Positions 1 through 12,487 of a DNA stretch of 64,000 nucleotides are shown in pieces. Each line of letters begins with the position of its first letter. Position 1 is the first letter of the stretch. Source of the DNA: Octopus sinensis (lineage: Eukaryota); NCBI RefSeq assembly GCF_006345805.1, contig NC_043000.1, positions 150,288,001 to 150,352,000 on the forward strand, given 5' to 3'. A program made the position numbers and the translations under genes. The notes under the pieces were generated by a model. That model was given only the letters and a program-made list of their open reading frames with translations, was not told the origin of the DNA and did no database searches.

Positions 1-181
1 AAGTCATACACTATCCTGATACACAGAGTATTTAACTTTATGTACTATTAAATATATTAAAGATATAGAGTGATATAAATAGAAATGTAGGACATATTTC
101 TACTTGTCAATTTCCAGGAGAGTGTGTGTGTTGTTTATTTATTTATTGTACGTTCTATGTTTACTTGTTGAAAACAATTGG

Positions 182-607
182 TGGCGATCTTTCGTCTCTA
201 GTAGACCTTTCCGTCGATTTCCGTAAAAAAATATATTTTTTTTTACATATGGGCTTGCGGGAACTTTTGAAGTAATATACATACATATACACATACACCG
301 AGTAAAAAATTTCAGTTATCTCTCTCTTTCACACATTACTCTCTCTGTCTCTTCACACACACTAACAGAAGCACTTCACTTACACAACATACTGTCTGTC
401 TCCCACACCCCATCAAACACACACACACATGTACATCAATGCTTGCCATGCACGGTAACTTCAAAAGAACTTCCCTCGTCATACAATCGCTTTCTCTTAG
501 TCTCTTTCGCTCTCATTACTTCTAAAGTTCCCGCAAGCCCATATGTAAAAAAAAAAAAAATTTACGAAAATCGACGGAAAGGTCTACTAGAGACGAAAGA
601 TTGCCCA
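182..607. mobile_element. Foldback/MITE-like element with ~90-bp inverted arms (182-272 / 519-607) around a CA/CT-rich spacer
   Basis: ATCTTTCGTCTCTAGTAGACCTTTCCGTCGATT...TTACATATGGGCTTGCGGGAACTTT recurs as its reverse complement at 519-607. Confidence 0.6.
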
Positions 608-879
608 TTTGGTAGCATTTGATAAGTTCCTATCAATAAAAAAAATACTTAGCGGACGTCCGACTTTGGAAACACCAAGTTGATATTTCTCCGTTTTGAC
701 GGGGATTTTTCGGATTTTTTTTTTTATCACGGCACCCTTGGAAATGTTCTGGATTATCTTTTTAGCAAAAAGAAATTTGCAAAAAAATGATGCCACCTCC
801 TTTCCCTTTCCGGACCGATTTTGGGGGCACAACGCAATTAAAAACTATAGAAGCCTTTCCAGTTAAAAAAAAAGGTAAT

Positions 880-1125
880 TATTTCCGACGAAAAGGTGTG
901 ATTTAAAGGAGATTTGGCTGTTGTTTCTAGCATATCCCAGTTTAGGGTTGATAAAAATCATGAATTTTCAAAAAAATTGTTTTTATAGCATGAAAAAGTT
1001 TATGATATGAATGGGGAGAAAATACTGAAAGACATCAATACTTGTCAGAGTAAGAAACAAGGAAGGTGGTCATAGAAACAACAGCCAAATCTTCCTTTAA
1101 TCCCACCTGTTCGTCTGAAAGTATT
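880..1125. mobile_element. MITE with ~45-bp TIRs
   Basis: GGTGTGATTTAAAGGAGATTTGGCTGTTGTTTCTA pairs with TAGAAACAACAGCCAAATCTTCCTTTAATCCCACC. Confidence 0.6.
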
Positions 1126-1133
1126 TACTTTTC

Positions 1134-1511
1134 GGATCTTTTCGGTTTTTAAAATAATTTCCACGTAACTAAACGCTTTTAAACTTCGTATACTGGTAGA
1201 ATGTGCTTATAAAACATCTTTTTCTTTTGGCTATATTGAGAAAATTCTATAGTTTGTAAAATATTTGTTGTTGTTTTTTTCTTCAAATCCTGCAATTTCA
1301 ACCAATCAATGACGTCTATTGAGGTGAAAACATTCTGTTTAAGAAACAGATTGAGTTTATTTACATTTCTGAAGAAAAAAGATACCCTTCTCTCCACCTC
1401 TAACCCTAAAACAGATTGAAATGCAATAGATCGATACTAGGGTCATAATTATGGGTGACAATTTCATATGACACCGCTAGAAAAAACTGCTGTTCAAACC
1501 GAACAGATCCT
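1134..1511. mobile_element. MITE, deleted relative of the 12488-13176 family
   Basis: Ends GGATCTTTTCGGTTT / AAACCGAACAGATCC; internal AAACTTCGTATACTGGTAGAATGTG shared with ~12550. Confidence 0.55.
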
Positions 1512-2760
1512 ACTTTTTTTTTACCGAAAAGATTTCTAAAGCTTTTAAGTGCGTAGTGACCCCCCAAAAATCATCGTACATAGTGCCCACAAAATCAACC
1601 AAAATCAGTGGAGGGCATCATTTTTTACAAACTTTTTTCTTTGGTTAAAAAGATAATCTAGAGCATTTCCAAGAGCACTGTGAAAAAAAAATCTGAAAAA
1701 TCCTCATCGAAACAACCTCCAACTTGCTGGTGCTTCCTAAGTTCGACGTCTGTCAAATATTTGTTTATATATTACAATTTGTAAATGTTATCAAATTTAT
1801 TTGGTTCTTGCAATAAGATATACTATTTACTTATACAGAAAGAGTGGCTTAGTATTCTGGTTGGACCATTACAAGTTTAGATGTGAATGGCTTTGTGAAG
1901 AAATCAGGTAATATGAGGTCTGGTTGAATGTGGTCATGTCTATGGATCCCAAGAACTTCACTTCTGGACATTAGAGAGAGAGGAATGAAGTTATTATAAA
2001 ATCATTACTTTTCAAGTTTTCTGTACAATTTGATGTTACACAGGTGATGTTATAGGTGCTGTTCCACCCTTAACATAGCTAAAAGAGAACGAAGGAACAG
2101 TCTGCCCCAAGTGGCATTTGTGGGAAGACAGCACCTTATGTATTATGTTATTTATCAGGTGGGATGAGCATCATACTCAAGGATTTCCGCTGGTTGCATA
2201 AATCTTTGCTCTGCTACTGTTTTACAGCTATACAACTTCACTAATCAAATCACAACCCTAAGGATTTTTTTCTCTTTATCATGATGATGATACCATAGAA
2301 CCATGCATCTCGCTCACACTGAAGTAATTTCCATCCTAATAATTGAATCAATACTGCTTTTTATGATACAAACTGGACTGAACTATAATCAGTTTGCACT
2401 GGTTCACAAGAACCAGTTGCTAAACTTTTTCTTCTTTTAATAAGAACCATTTTGTTAACTCCATTGATATTTTCGTTGTTGGAAAAATTCGTCACACTTT
2501 TTCACTCCAAATACTTTTGTTGTGGATATTTTCTCTATAAAATTTTTGTTGTAAGAATTTTTAGTGTCAGGAATCTACCAAGAAATCACAACAAAAGAAA
2601 CTGGTTTGAATTTAGTCTAGGTTATATAGCCTGCATTTTAGAAACAAATTACCTCCCTCAGACTGCAAAAAAAAAAAAAGAATGAATTAACCAAACTCAT
2701 TTCTTCAATTACTTTAATATTCTTCTTTGTCCAGGAACAGTGTTTTGATGAATAGTCTTT

Positions 2761-2938
2761 TCTACTCTAGGCACGAGGCCCGAAATTTTGGGCACACAAG
2801 TGGTACTTAATTTATCGACCCTGAAAGGATGAAAAGCAAAGTCGACCATGGCAGAATTTGAACTCAGAACATAAAGACAGACGAAATACCGCTAAGCATT
2901 TCGCCCAGTGTGTTAAAGTTTCTGCCAGCTCGCTGCCT
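2761..2938 (-). mobile_element. tRNA-derived SINE, family B (head GGCGGCGAGCTGGCAGAA)
   Basis: Head with Pol III box A/B and a TTCATCCTTTCGGGGTCGATAAATTAAGTACC-type core; about 11 copies in the window. Confidence 0.85.
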
Positions 2939-3224
2939 TTTTTGGTGAATATTTAATGAAATTTTTCTCCCCAAGTATAATTTAAAAACAGTAGCAAAAG
3001 TAGACATTACTTGGTATCAGTATTATACATTGACTATCAAGGATAGCACATGGCAAAGAATTAATTCACAAGTGTGTGTTTGGTAGTACTAAGTTCCTGG
3101 AAAACTGGCATAACTTTTAGGCAAATGCAGATAGAGGATAGTTTTCATACTTTACAACAAAACTTATAGAAGAATAGGTCTTAGGTAAGTCTATTTAACT
3201 TCATACGATCAAGTATTCATTATT

Positions 3225-3985
3225 TACAATGGACAGATAGGTGTCCTCATCTTGTTTGTTGTTATCACACCATTTCAACTGATGTTCTCTCCAGCCTTCA
3301 TCAGGTGTTCTGGTGGTATTTCAAACCCAACCCTTTGACTAATGGGGTACACTGTTCTCATTCCCGAGGTATGTTGTTGATGTTATTTTTCTGTTGATAT
3401 TATTTTTCAAAGCACTGCCTGGAATTGAACTTAGAATCTGAGCCCACACTCTTATCCATTATGCTATATGCCCGTGGGCAATTATAGTGAATTTTAGGGC
3501 TTATAAACCTAGTATTTTATCTTTTCTTAATGCTGGTTCCTATTTTACATTCATATCTGCACTCGGTCTGCTTAGGAGGTTGTTTTGTCCTAGCATATGT
3601 GCAGCCTCTTAATTTTTGCATTTTCCAGTGGTGTTCTCTGTTGATTATTTTACCTTCATCCCACAGCAGGAGGTTGTCTCCATTTTTCCATACATGATCA
3701 GCTATACCCAATTTTTCAACATCCCTTCATGTCACAGCTTTACGATGTTCCCCCTATCCTTACTTTAAGGGGGGCAACAGGTTTCACTTTTGTATAACCA
3801 TCCACAACTGCATGGGATAGAGTACACACAGTTTTTGGTCTTATTCTTTTCTATGGGTGGTTTTACTTGGAGAAGATATTTGCAAAGTGTTGTATTACTT
3901 CTGAATGGACCGCATATCTTTTGTATCCTTTCTGAGAGGCCTTTGACATAGGGTAGACAAACTGCTCAGTTTATGAGTATGGGTT
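3225..3985 (-). mobile_element. Penelope-like retroelement 3' fragment (GIY-YIG endonuclease plus 3' region), degenerate
   Basis: Minus ORF GIADHVWKNGDNLLLWDEGKIINREHHWK matches the plus-strand copy at 4610-5390. Confidence 0.8.
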
Positions 3986-4103
3986 CAGGACATACTGCAA
4001 GCTAACCTTCATTGGACAACAACTTCAATTCCCACCATCCATACAATATAAAGTGAGGGATTGCTCAGTACCTAAAACATCAAGCAAAGACTATAAGACT
4101 ATA

Positions 4104-4493
4104 GGTGCAGGAGTTGCTGTGTGGTAAGTAGCTTGCTAACCAACCACATGGTTCCGGGTTCAGTCCCACTGCGTGGCATCTTGGGCGAGTGTCTTCTGCT
4201 ATAGCCTCGGGCCGACCAATGCCTTGTGAGTGGATTTGGTAGACGGAAACTGAAAGAAGTCCATCGTATATATGTATATATATATATATGTGTGTGTGTG
4301 TGTTTGTCCCCCTAGCATTGCTTGACAACCGATGCTGGTGTGTTTACGTCCCCGTCACTTAGCGGTTCGGCAAAAGAGACTGATAGAATAAGTACTGGAC
4401 TTACAAAAGAATAAGTCCCGGGGTCGAGTCGCTCGATTAAAGGCGGTGCTCCAGCATGGCCACGGTCAAATGACTGAAATAAGTAAAAGAGTA
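4104..4493 (+). mobile_element. tRNA-derived SINE, family A (head GCAGGAGTGGCTGTGTGGTAAG, internal (TA)n(TG)n, tail AGTAAAAGAG)
   Basis: Near-identical to 13 other full copies; box A TGGCTGTGTGG, box B GGTTCAGTCCC. Confidence 0.9.
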
Positions 4494-4519
4494 AGTAGCA
4501 ATTCTGATACATACTAGGA

Positions 4520-5390
4520 AGAAATGATCAGGTTAAGAAACAGTCTGCTATGCAACAACTACCCAGAAAACATACTATCCACTCCAATTAGAAAGTGGAG
4601 AGAGGATGAAACTCATAAACTGAGCACAGTCTGTCTGCCCTGTGTCAAAAGCCCCTTGGAAAAGATACAAAAGATATGCAGTCCACATGATATCAGGACA
4701 GTATTCAGAAGTAATAACGCTTTGCAAATATCTTCTCCAACTAAAACCACCCATAGAAGAGAAAATGACCAAAAACTGTGTGTACTCCATCCCATGCAGT
4801 TGTGGTAGGTTATACAAAGGTGAAACATGTTGCCCCCCTTAAAGTAAGGGTAGGGGAACATTGTAAAGCTGTGACACAAGGGGATGTTGAAAAATCAGGT
4901 ATAGCCGATCATGTATGGAAGAACGGAGACCACCTCCCACTGTGGGATGGAGTTAAAATAATAGACAGAGAACACCACTGGAAAGTACAAGAATTAAAAG
5001 AGGCTGCACCTGTGCTAGGACACAATAACCTCCTAAGCAGACCAAGTGCAGATATGAATGTAATATGGGAACCAGTATTAAGAAAAGATAAAATACTAGG
5101 TTTATAAGCCCTAAAATTCACTCTATAATTGCCCACTGGCATATAGTGTAGCAGATAAGAGTGCAGGCTATTAACCCTCAGATTTTAAGTTCAATCCCAG
5201 GCAGGGACTTGAAAAATAATATCACCAGTAAAATAACATCAGCAACATAACCTCAGGAATGAGAACAGTGTACCCCATTAATCAAATAAAGTGTTGGGTT
5301 CGAAATTCCACCAGAACACCTGATGAAGGCTGAAGAGTACATCAGCTGAGACATTGTGATAACACCTATCCATCCACTGTAAATAATTCC
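4520..5390 (+). mobile_element. Penelope-like retroelement (Penelope/Poseidon type) RT-thumb/GIY-YIG fragment, frameshifted
   Basis: Stitched ORFs give NCVYSIPCSCGRLYKGET...LKVRVGEH...SGIADH, the PLE GIY-YIG pattern VYxIPCxCGxxYxGET. Confidence 0.85.
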
Positions 5391-5699
5391 TCATCTCAAA
5401 AATATAGAATAGTATCAAGTATTCAATGCAGGAAATGCAATCATGAGGAGGTGAATGCTTGTATTCAGGTAAACTTTCTTCATGCCTTCCAGTAAATTAT
5501 TAACACAAATCTAGTAATACTTCTGGGTAATTTCCACGACTTTATCACAGCAAACTCAAAACCAGAAATCTGAATTTCATTCAAAAACTGGAAAAGAAAT
5601 TAAAAGGCTCTCACTCCTTTTCCTCAAGCCAGCCGAAATTGTGAGGATGATCCGGTTCTTGACTGAAGATTAAAGGCTTCGAATGACCCGTTTGTGTTT

Positions 5700-6065
5700 T
5701 TTGTATCGTCTTCTGGATGTAGTGGGTGCTTAAAATCCGTTCTGTCTGTCTGTGTGTGTGTCTTCTAGGATCTTGGGCATCCTCCATCCGATTGCGCTCA
5801 AATTTGATATGTAGTTACCGACGGTATCAGAGCGTGTATAAGTCTTGAAAAAATTACAAAAATCGATTCCAGGTGAGAATGCGATTGATAAAGCATTCTT
5901 TAGAATAGAAAAAATGTTTATTTTTATTTCTTCTTTTGCTGGTGTCTCAAATTTAGGTTAAATCAGTGTTTCTCTATGGGATGGTCGGATGAGTTGTTTT
6001 GAGAAAATTTGGTTTAAATGTTTGTCAACTCAGCACCGTCCATTGGACGGGGGGCATTTTGCTTG
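5700..6065 (+). mobile_element. Probable Helentron-associated (HINE/DINE-like) non-autonomous element
   Basis: (TCTG)n near the 5' end, CCGATTGCGCTCAAATTTG motif, 3' hairpin CCGTCC-ATT-GGACGG (6036-6050), short subterminal IR GGTGCT/AGCACC. Confidence 0.5.
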
Positions 6066-6085
6066 TGTATATATATATATCATTT

Positions 6086-6263
6086 CTATTCTAGGCACAA
6101 GGCCCGAAATTCTTGGAGAGGGGGGCCAGTCAATTAGATCGATCCCAGTAAGCAACTGGTACTTAATTTATCAACCCAGAATTTGAACTCAGAATGTAAA
6201 GACAGACAAAATAATGCTAAGCCTTTCACCCAGCATACCAATGTTTCCACCAGCTCGCTGCCT
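6086..6263 (-). mobile_element. SINE family B
   Basis: Homologous to 2761-2938. Confidence 0.8.
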
Positions 6264-7263
6264 TATAAATATATATATTGAACAACATAATGGGCAGACT
6301 TTTTGAATTATCCACATGACATTATTATAATTCATTCTAGGATATTCCATAGGAAAATATATTTATTTATCAACAGCTATATAAACTCACAGGCCTTCAA
6401 CTTGTAACTAGTTTTATATGTGCCAACACAGGAAACCCTTGGACCTTGAATCACTCTGTTATTTCTGCTAAATATCAATAGCAAAAGGGCCTGATAGGCT
6501 AAATACTAGGCTTACAAAGAATAAGTACTGGGGTTGATTTGCTCGACTGAACGTGGTACTCCAGCATGGCTGCAGTCAAATGACTGAAACAAATCAAGGA
6601 AAAGAATAAAAGAATATATTCATATTATGAGTTATATTTTTCCTGTTTGCACCAATATATATATATATATGTAACTTGCAAGTCTGGAGAAAACCTTTGA
6701 AAGTCCTCCAAGATAAGTTAACTTTGCACTGTTAATGAATGTCCTTGGCATAATGGTTTGTGCAGGGCCAAAGCGTTTGGGTGCTCCAAGAGTTACAAGA
6801 GGTAGAAAGACAAGTAAGTTGAGCATACTGAAGTGATGGATCAGGTAACTTAACATATGAGCTTAAGGGAAAGCAATACTCCTTCAAGACAAAGACAAAG
6901 TTCCATACCTTCTTGAAGAAGTTATAAGTGTTGCTTACTCTCCATGTCATGTATTACAACTAAAAGAGTTTGGGATGTAGATTTGAATCTTTCATGGATG
7001 ATTCCAATATCGATTTCCTGAGAATGAAGATGTTTTGTCACAAGATCATAGATGAGAAGATACTTCAGTGAGTAACATTTTGTACCAGAATCCCCAAAAG
7101 AACGTCTTGCAAGCAAGTATTTGGAATACAGCTCATGAGATGATGATGCCCATGCAAGGCTATTGAAGTCATGAATGGATTGAGAAAGACAAGTTAGTTC
7201 CAGTAACCCCTTACAAAGAATTTCTTCAATCTTGAGATGAAATGCTCCAAAAAAAAAAAAAAA

Positions 7264-7634
7264 GCAGGAGTGACTGTGTGGTAAGTAGCTTGCTAACCAA
7301 CCACATGGTTCCGGGTTCAGTCCCACTGCGTGGCACCTTGGGCAAGTGTCTTCTGCTATAGCCCCGGGCCGACCAATGCCTTGTGAGTGGATTTGGTAGA
7401 CGGAAACTGAAAGAAGCCCGTCGTTTATATGTTTGTGAGTCTGTGTTTGTCCCCCTAGCATTGCTTGACAACCGATGCTGGTGTGTTTATATCCCCGTCA
7501 CTTAGCGGTTTGGCAAAAGAGGCCGATAGAATAAGTACTGGGCTTACAAAGAATAAGTCCCAGGGTTAAGTTGCTCGATTAAAGGCGGTGCTCCAGCATG
7601 GCCGCAGTCAAATGACTGAAACAAGTAAAAGAGT
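7264..7634 (+). mobile_element. SINE family A
   Basis: Full head, body and tail. Confidence 0.9.
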
Positions 7635-9344
7635 ATATCGATTGTGCAAGTGTGAAAAAAAGTAAAATTGAGATCTTAGGCACAAGCATGGTTGCGTGGT
7701 TAAGTTCTCTTTGCAACTGCAGTGTCACAAAGTCCTTTTACAGCAGTGGATCATATGTTATGAAGACATTGTCCAATGGAAGTGTTTTACATCAGTGGAA
7801 AACCAGCAATCAGATATTTACATTAGAATTCGCTAGAATTGTTAAGAAAACATAGACACATTATTGTCTGGATTCTTGCTGTTCTGTGTGTACATGTGAA
7901 TTATTGTCTGTTTGGCAGACATCTGCACACATCACCAAACAATTTGTTTGCTGATTCCTATTAAACAAGGGCTCATGTTCTTGTGAAATGCATTGGTCAA
8001 GTGGAGTAGATTCAACTGAGGAGACACACAATGAGGTTGAAACACTTTAGCGTCACAAAGTCTCCTTACACTGGTGAATTGTGTTATGGTCACACATCAC
8101 CTAAAGGGAGGTGGTGTTTTTTGTTGACAAAAAATACCAGTGGTCAGATATTTATGTTCAAATCTGCTAGAACATATCAAGAATGGATACATTATTGTTT
8201 GGAATCTCAGACTTCCATGCACCCCATTATTTTCATTTTTTAATTAGCTCTAAAATAAACTGCTGTTAAAGACACACACTAATATCAAAAGTGCTGTACT
8301 TTATAGAAATAAACTATCTGTAAATAAGATTAAAGTTCTTCATTTGAAAGTATAAAAGCACCAAATATGTTCAAATTGGACCAGCAACTCAAACACAAGA
8401 GTCATTTAAATACTATCACTTTCTTCAGAAACACAGGTTCATGTTCTCTTCACAGATCAGACATGCCCCCTATTTAGCTGTTGTCCATTCAGACTCAAAT
8501 GGTAATTTTGGTCCTTTCCTTTAAATACGATACAAAAGTGAACTTTTGTATCAATTTGGAATGACTGATTGTCAGAGAGCTCAGCTTATGGGAAGAAATA
8601 ATGGTAATATTGTGCCCTACAGATAAAGTAACACAGATTTGAAAGGAGTAGCAGCAAGTCACACTACAGAACATCCACTTCATATCAGTTTAGCAAAACT
8701 GACATTAGAAGAACTACAACTAACATTACTACAACCACCACCAATGACACTGTTTTAATAATTGTAAGAAATATTGCAGAGCCAGGCACAAACTGAGACT
8801 ATGACATATTTTCAGTCCTAACTACTGTCTATAAGCCACACCAAAAGACATAAGCCTTTATTTTATTGGTTATCTTGTTAAACTTAATCAAACACTCTAG
8901 TAAAAAATATAATTACACATTCATTTTGTATGACTGCTCATCGCTTATTTTGCATTGCTTTGTCAACACAAACCATTTCACTATCTTTGCTATACTTTTA
9001 GTTTAGGAAAGCTTCAATTAAGAAGATGCTCAACATAACCAAATAATTTAACAACATTCTGATCCTCTATTTTTATTGTAACATACTTCATTTCTTTTCT
9101 TTCATACAAAACAACAAACATCAATCTCACACTCAAAAAAAAGAAAGAAAAGAAAAGGCTGCCTTGAACTTTCGTTATGGTTGGTTGAATACTAGACTCC
9201 TACTACTAAACTCCAAAAATAACTCCATCCAACCTTCTTATTCTTCTAAAGAAAGGTGGGGGATTCAGATACTTTTTAAAATCCATTGAATAATAGGTGA
9301 TTCTTTTTTTAGAGTCTGAATTTTTTTATTTAATTCATATGGCA

Positions 9345-10589
9345 TACAAGGATGGCTGAAAAGTTCATAGGCTAACTATGAAGGAGTGATACTAGAGCTG
9401 TGAAATCTTACTTGCATTAATTTCAACCCCTCTTCTTAATAACTGCATTATTTCATTCTTGATAAACTGCCATCTGACTGTTCAAAGAAAGCTTCAAAAG
9501 TAAGTTAAAAGGAGATTCTCTTGAAAATGGACAAAATTTGACATCATGGTGTTATCAAATACCTGCAGAAAAATAATTTAGACCCCCACACACACACACT
9601 TTCATCCGTAAGGACATTCATATTGACATGCTTGCTACATTATGGAATGACACTCCAGCTTTATCAACAGTGCGAAAGTAGGTAGCTGAATTTAGGAGGG
9701 GAAGGGAAAGTCTTGAAGTTGACTCAAGGTTTGGACGTAGTGCAACTGCCCACCACCAAAGATATCATTGATTGTGTTCACCACATTGTGATGGATGACA
9801 AGCGATTGACTATGCTATTAGCATATCTTGTGAGAGAGTCGAGAATATTCTGTGCAACGAATTTGACATGATGAAAGTCTCTGCAAAGTCTTCCTACAAA
9901 ATGTACCAGGCTGATCACATCACAGGAAAATCTGACATTGTTTGAGGCAGATCCAGCTGCTTTCCTTGGATGTTTCCAAAACCAGGAGGAGTGTTTTGTT
10001 CATCACCTTGAACCAGAGACAAAGAGACAATACACCTGTTCCAAAGAAGGCCAATGTCATTTCATCTTGCAGGGAAGACGATGGCCTGTTTTGGGGGATG
10101 CAAAAGACATTGTGTTTTATTGACTATCTTCAAAAAGGCTACACCATCAATGGAGAGTACTATGCCAACCTACTGAGGCAGTTACAAAAGGCTGTCAAAA
10201 CCCAACGCTCAGGAAAACTGACAAAAGGCATCTTGTTTCATCAGGACAAGGCACACAAGTCCTTGGTTTCAATGGCCGCTGTGCATGACTGTGGCTTTGA
10301 CCTGGTTGATCACTCTCCCTATTTTCTTGATTTAGCCCCATCGGACTAACATGAAAAGACACTTGGCTGGGAACCATTATTGCAATGATGAAGAAATCAT
10401 ATCTTTCATTTATGACTTATTTGACCGACAGGATGAAAGCTTCTTCATCAAACGGATCCAAGCACTGCAACACTAATGGAGGAAGTTTGCAAACTGCAAA
10501 GAGGACTATGTTGAAAAATAAATCTCATTTGGTCACACTCCACAAGAGTATCTTGAGCAGCCTATGAACTTTTCAGCTGATTAAATATT
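9345..10589 (+). mobile_element. Full-length degenerate mariner DNA transposon
   Basis: TIR core GCTGAAAAGTTCATAGGCT at both ends; ~1.25 kb; ORF remnants DYLQKGYTINGEYYANLL...ILFHQDKA...HSPYFLDLAPSD (mariner YSPDLAPSD motif). Confidence 0.9.
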
Positions 10590-10638
10590 AAATAATTAAA
10601 TAAAGAGCTGAAGTTTTGATTGTTGGTATATGATGAAT

Positions 10639-10852
10639 GGCGGTGAGCTGGCAGAAACGTTAGCACGCCGGGCGAAATGTTTAGCGGTATTTCGTCTGTC
10701 GCTACGTTCTGAGTACAAATTCCACCAAGGTTGACTTTGCCTTTCATCCTTTCGGGGTCGATAAATTAAGTACCAGTCATGCATTGGGGTCGATGTTTGT
10801 CTGTCCCCCCTGTGTTTAGCCCCTTGTGGGTAGTAAAGAAATAGGTATCTGA
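10639..10852 (+). mobile_element. SINE family B
   Basis: Head GGCGGTGAGCTGGCAGAAACG. Confidence 0.85.
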
Positions 10853-11839
10853 CAACTGAATTTATATAAAGAAACACTCCAAAGAATGTAACACAGATTT
10901 AGACAACAATAAATGCAGTGTATAGCAAATCCTAATGTTGCTTTCAATTAATCAAACTACTAATGCTATTGTTATTACTGCCACAAAGGTACCAAGCTGG
11001 TAGAACTGTTACTGTTTTAGATCAAATGCTTAGCAGCATTTCTTCCAGTTCTTTACATTCTGACTTCAGGTTGACTGTCATCTTTTCAGGGTTGATAAAG
11101 TACCAGTTGAAAACTGGGGTTGATATAATTGACTACTCCCTCCTACTAAAACTGCTGGCTCAAAAAGACATATTACCATGTCTGTGTCTTTGTAAAGAGA
11201 TCAGATTTGTTTACATCTTGGGCAAGTGTCTTCTACCATAGTTTCAGGTTGACCAAAGATTTGTAAGTGACACTTTGTAGACAGAAATTGTGTAAAAAGT
11301 ACACCAGAGAGACTGTCCCTATTCTTGGGTGATGAACTTATTCTATCATCCACTTCATCACTCCCATGATTTCTGGATGCATTTAGTATCAACCACTCTG
11401 TTGCAAACATTTGGGAATGGTCTCCAGTCTAGGGCCAGCTTTTTTCCAGCTTTCTTTAGACAAATAAGAAGGATGGATAGGGATTAATGTTTTTTTCAAT
11501 TTTTTAGTTATTTTTATTCAAATTTATTGCCTGACTAGACAGGGCAGATGACCATAACTTGTACATTTCATTTTTGGCTTGGTTTCTATGGTTGGATGGC
11601 ATTTCCAGAACAACCATTTTGCAGAGTGTACCAGGTGTGTTTTATCATCACACCAACATTAAAAACATTGTCATACCTTTGACAACACTAAAGAACCCTC
11701 TCAACGTTTTCTTTGCACATTCTACAACCACTTCACAGACTGTATTGGGTGCATTTTATCATGGTACTAGCACTAATGAGGTTACCTTGTACCCTACAAA
11801 CAAAAGGGTCTTTACTGCACAACACTGATAGCCTTTTGT

Positions 11840-12223
11840 GGAGGCGCAATGGCCCAGTGGTTAGGGCAGCGGACTCGCGGTCATAGGATCGCGGTTTCGA
11901 TTCCCAGACCGGGCGTTGTGAGTATTTATTGAGCGAAAACACCTAAAGCTCCACGCGGCTCCGGCAGGGGATGGTAGCGAACCCTGCTGTACTCTTTCAC
12001 CACAACTTTCTCTCACTCTTACTTCCTGTTTCTGTTGTACCTGTATTTCAAGGGGCCGGCCTTGTCACTCTCTGTGTCACGCTGAATATCTCCGAGAACT
12101 ACGTTAAGGGCACACGTGTCTGTGGAGTGCTCAGCCACTTACACGTTAATTTCACGAGCAGGCTGTTCCGTTGATTCGGATCAACCGGAACCCTCATCGT
12201 CGTAACCGATGGAGTGCTTCCCA
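11840..12223 (+). mobile_element. tRNA-derived SINE, family C
   Basis: tRNA-like head GGCGCAATGGCCCAGTGGTTAGGGCAGCGGACTCGCGG...GGTTTCGATTCCC; 13-bp TSD GATAGCCTTTTGT (11827-11839 / 12224-12236). Confidence 0.9.
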
Positions 12224-12487
12224 GATAGCCTTTTGTTCCAATGTTATCAACAGAGTGACAAGGGATATATATGTATAATGCTTGTATATCATATATCATG
12301 TTTGATGAATAATTAAAAACATATAGTACTTGATACAGATATGCAGAATAATGTATTTATAAAGCAATGATGGTTACCATTGATTTTATGGTTTGGGCCT
12401 TCCAGCATTGTATCCATGTTTTGAGAAAATGAGAAATACCTTTAAAAAAAAGTATTTTTTCGAACTCCTATTTTTAAGGTAAATAAC

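Larger units (their letters stand above)
640..1760. mobile_element. Composite foldback: diverged inverted arms (~640-880 / ~1512-1760) enclosing two smaller MITEs
   Basis: The reverse complement of 1512-1760 aligns by eye with 640-880 (e.g. CTTGGAAATG..CT.GATTATCTTTTT, AAAAAATGATGCC). Confidence 0.5.

Noticed and set aside
6922-7250. ~110-codon minus-strand open stretch continuing from a SINE
   Set aside because: The start codon comes from the SINE, there is no recognisable domain and no clear splice sites. Possibly an old TE relic.
11840-11915. Apparent tRNA genes (also the heads of families A, B and D)
   Set aside because: Each continues into a SINE body and tail, with a TSD in this case, and the cloverleaf is imperfect.
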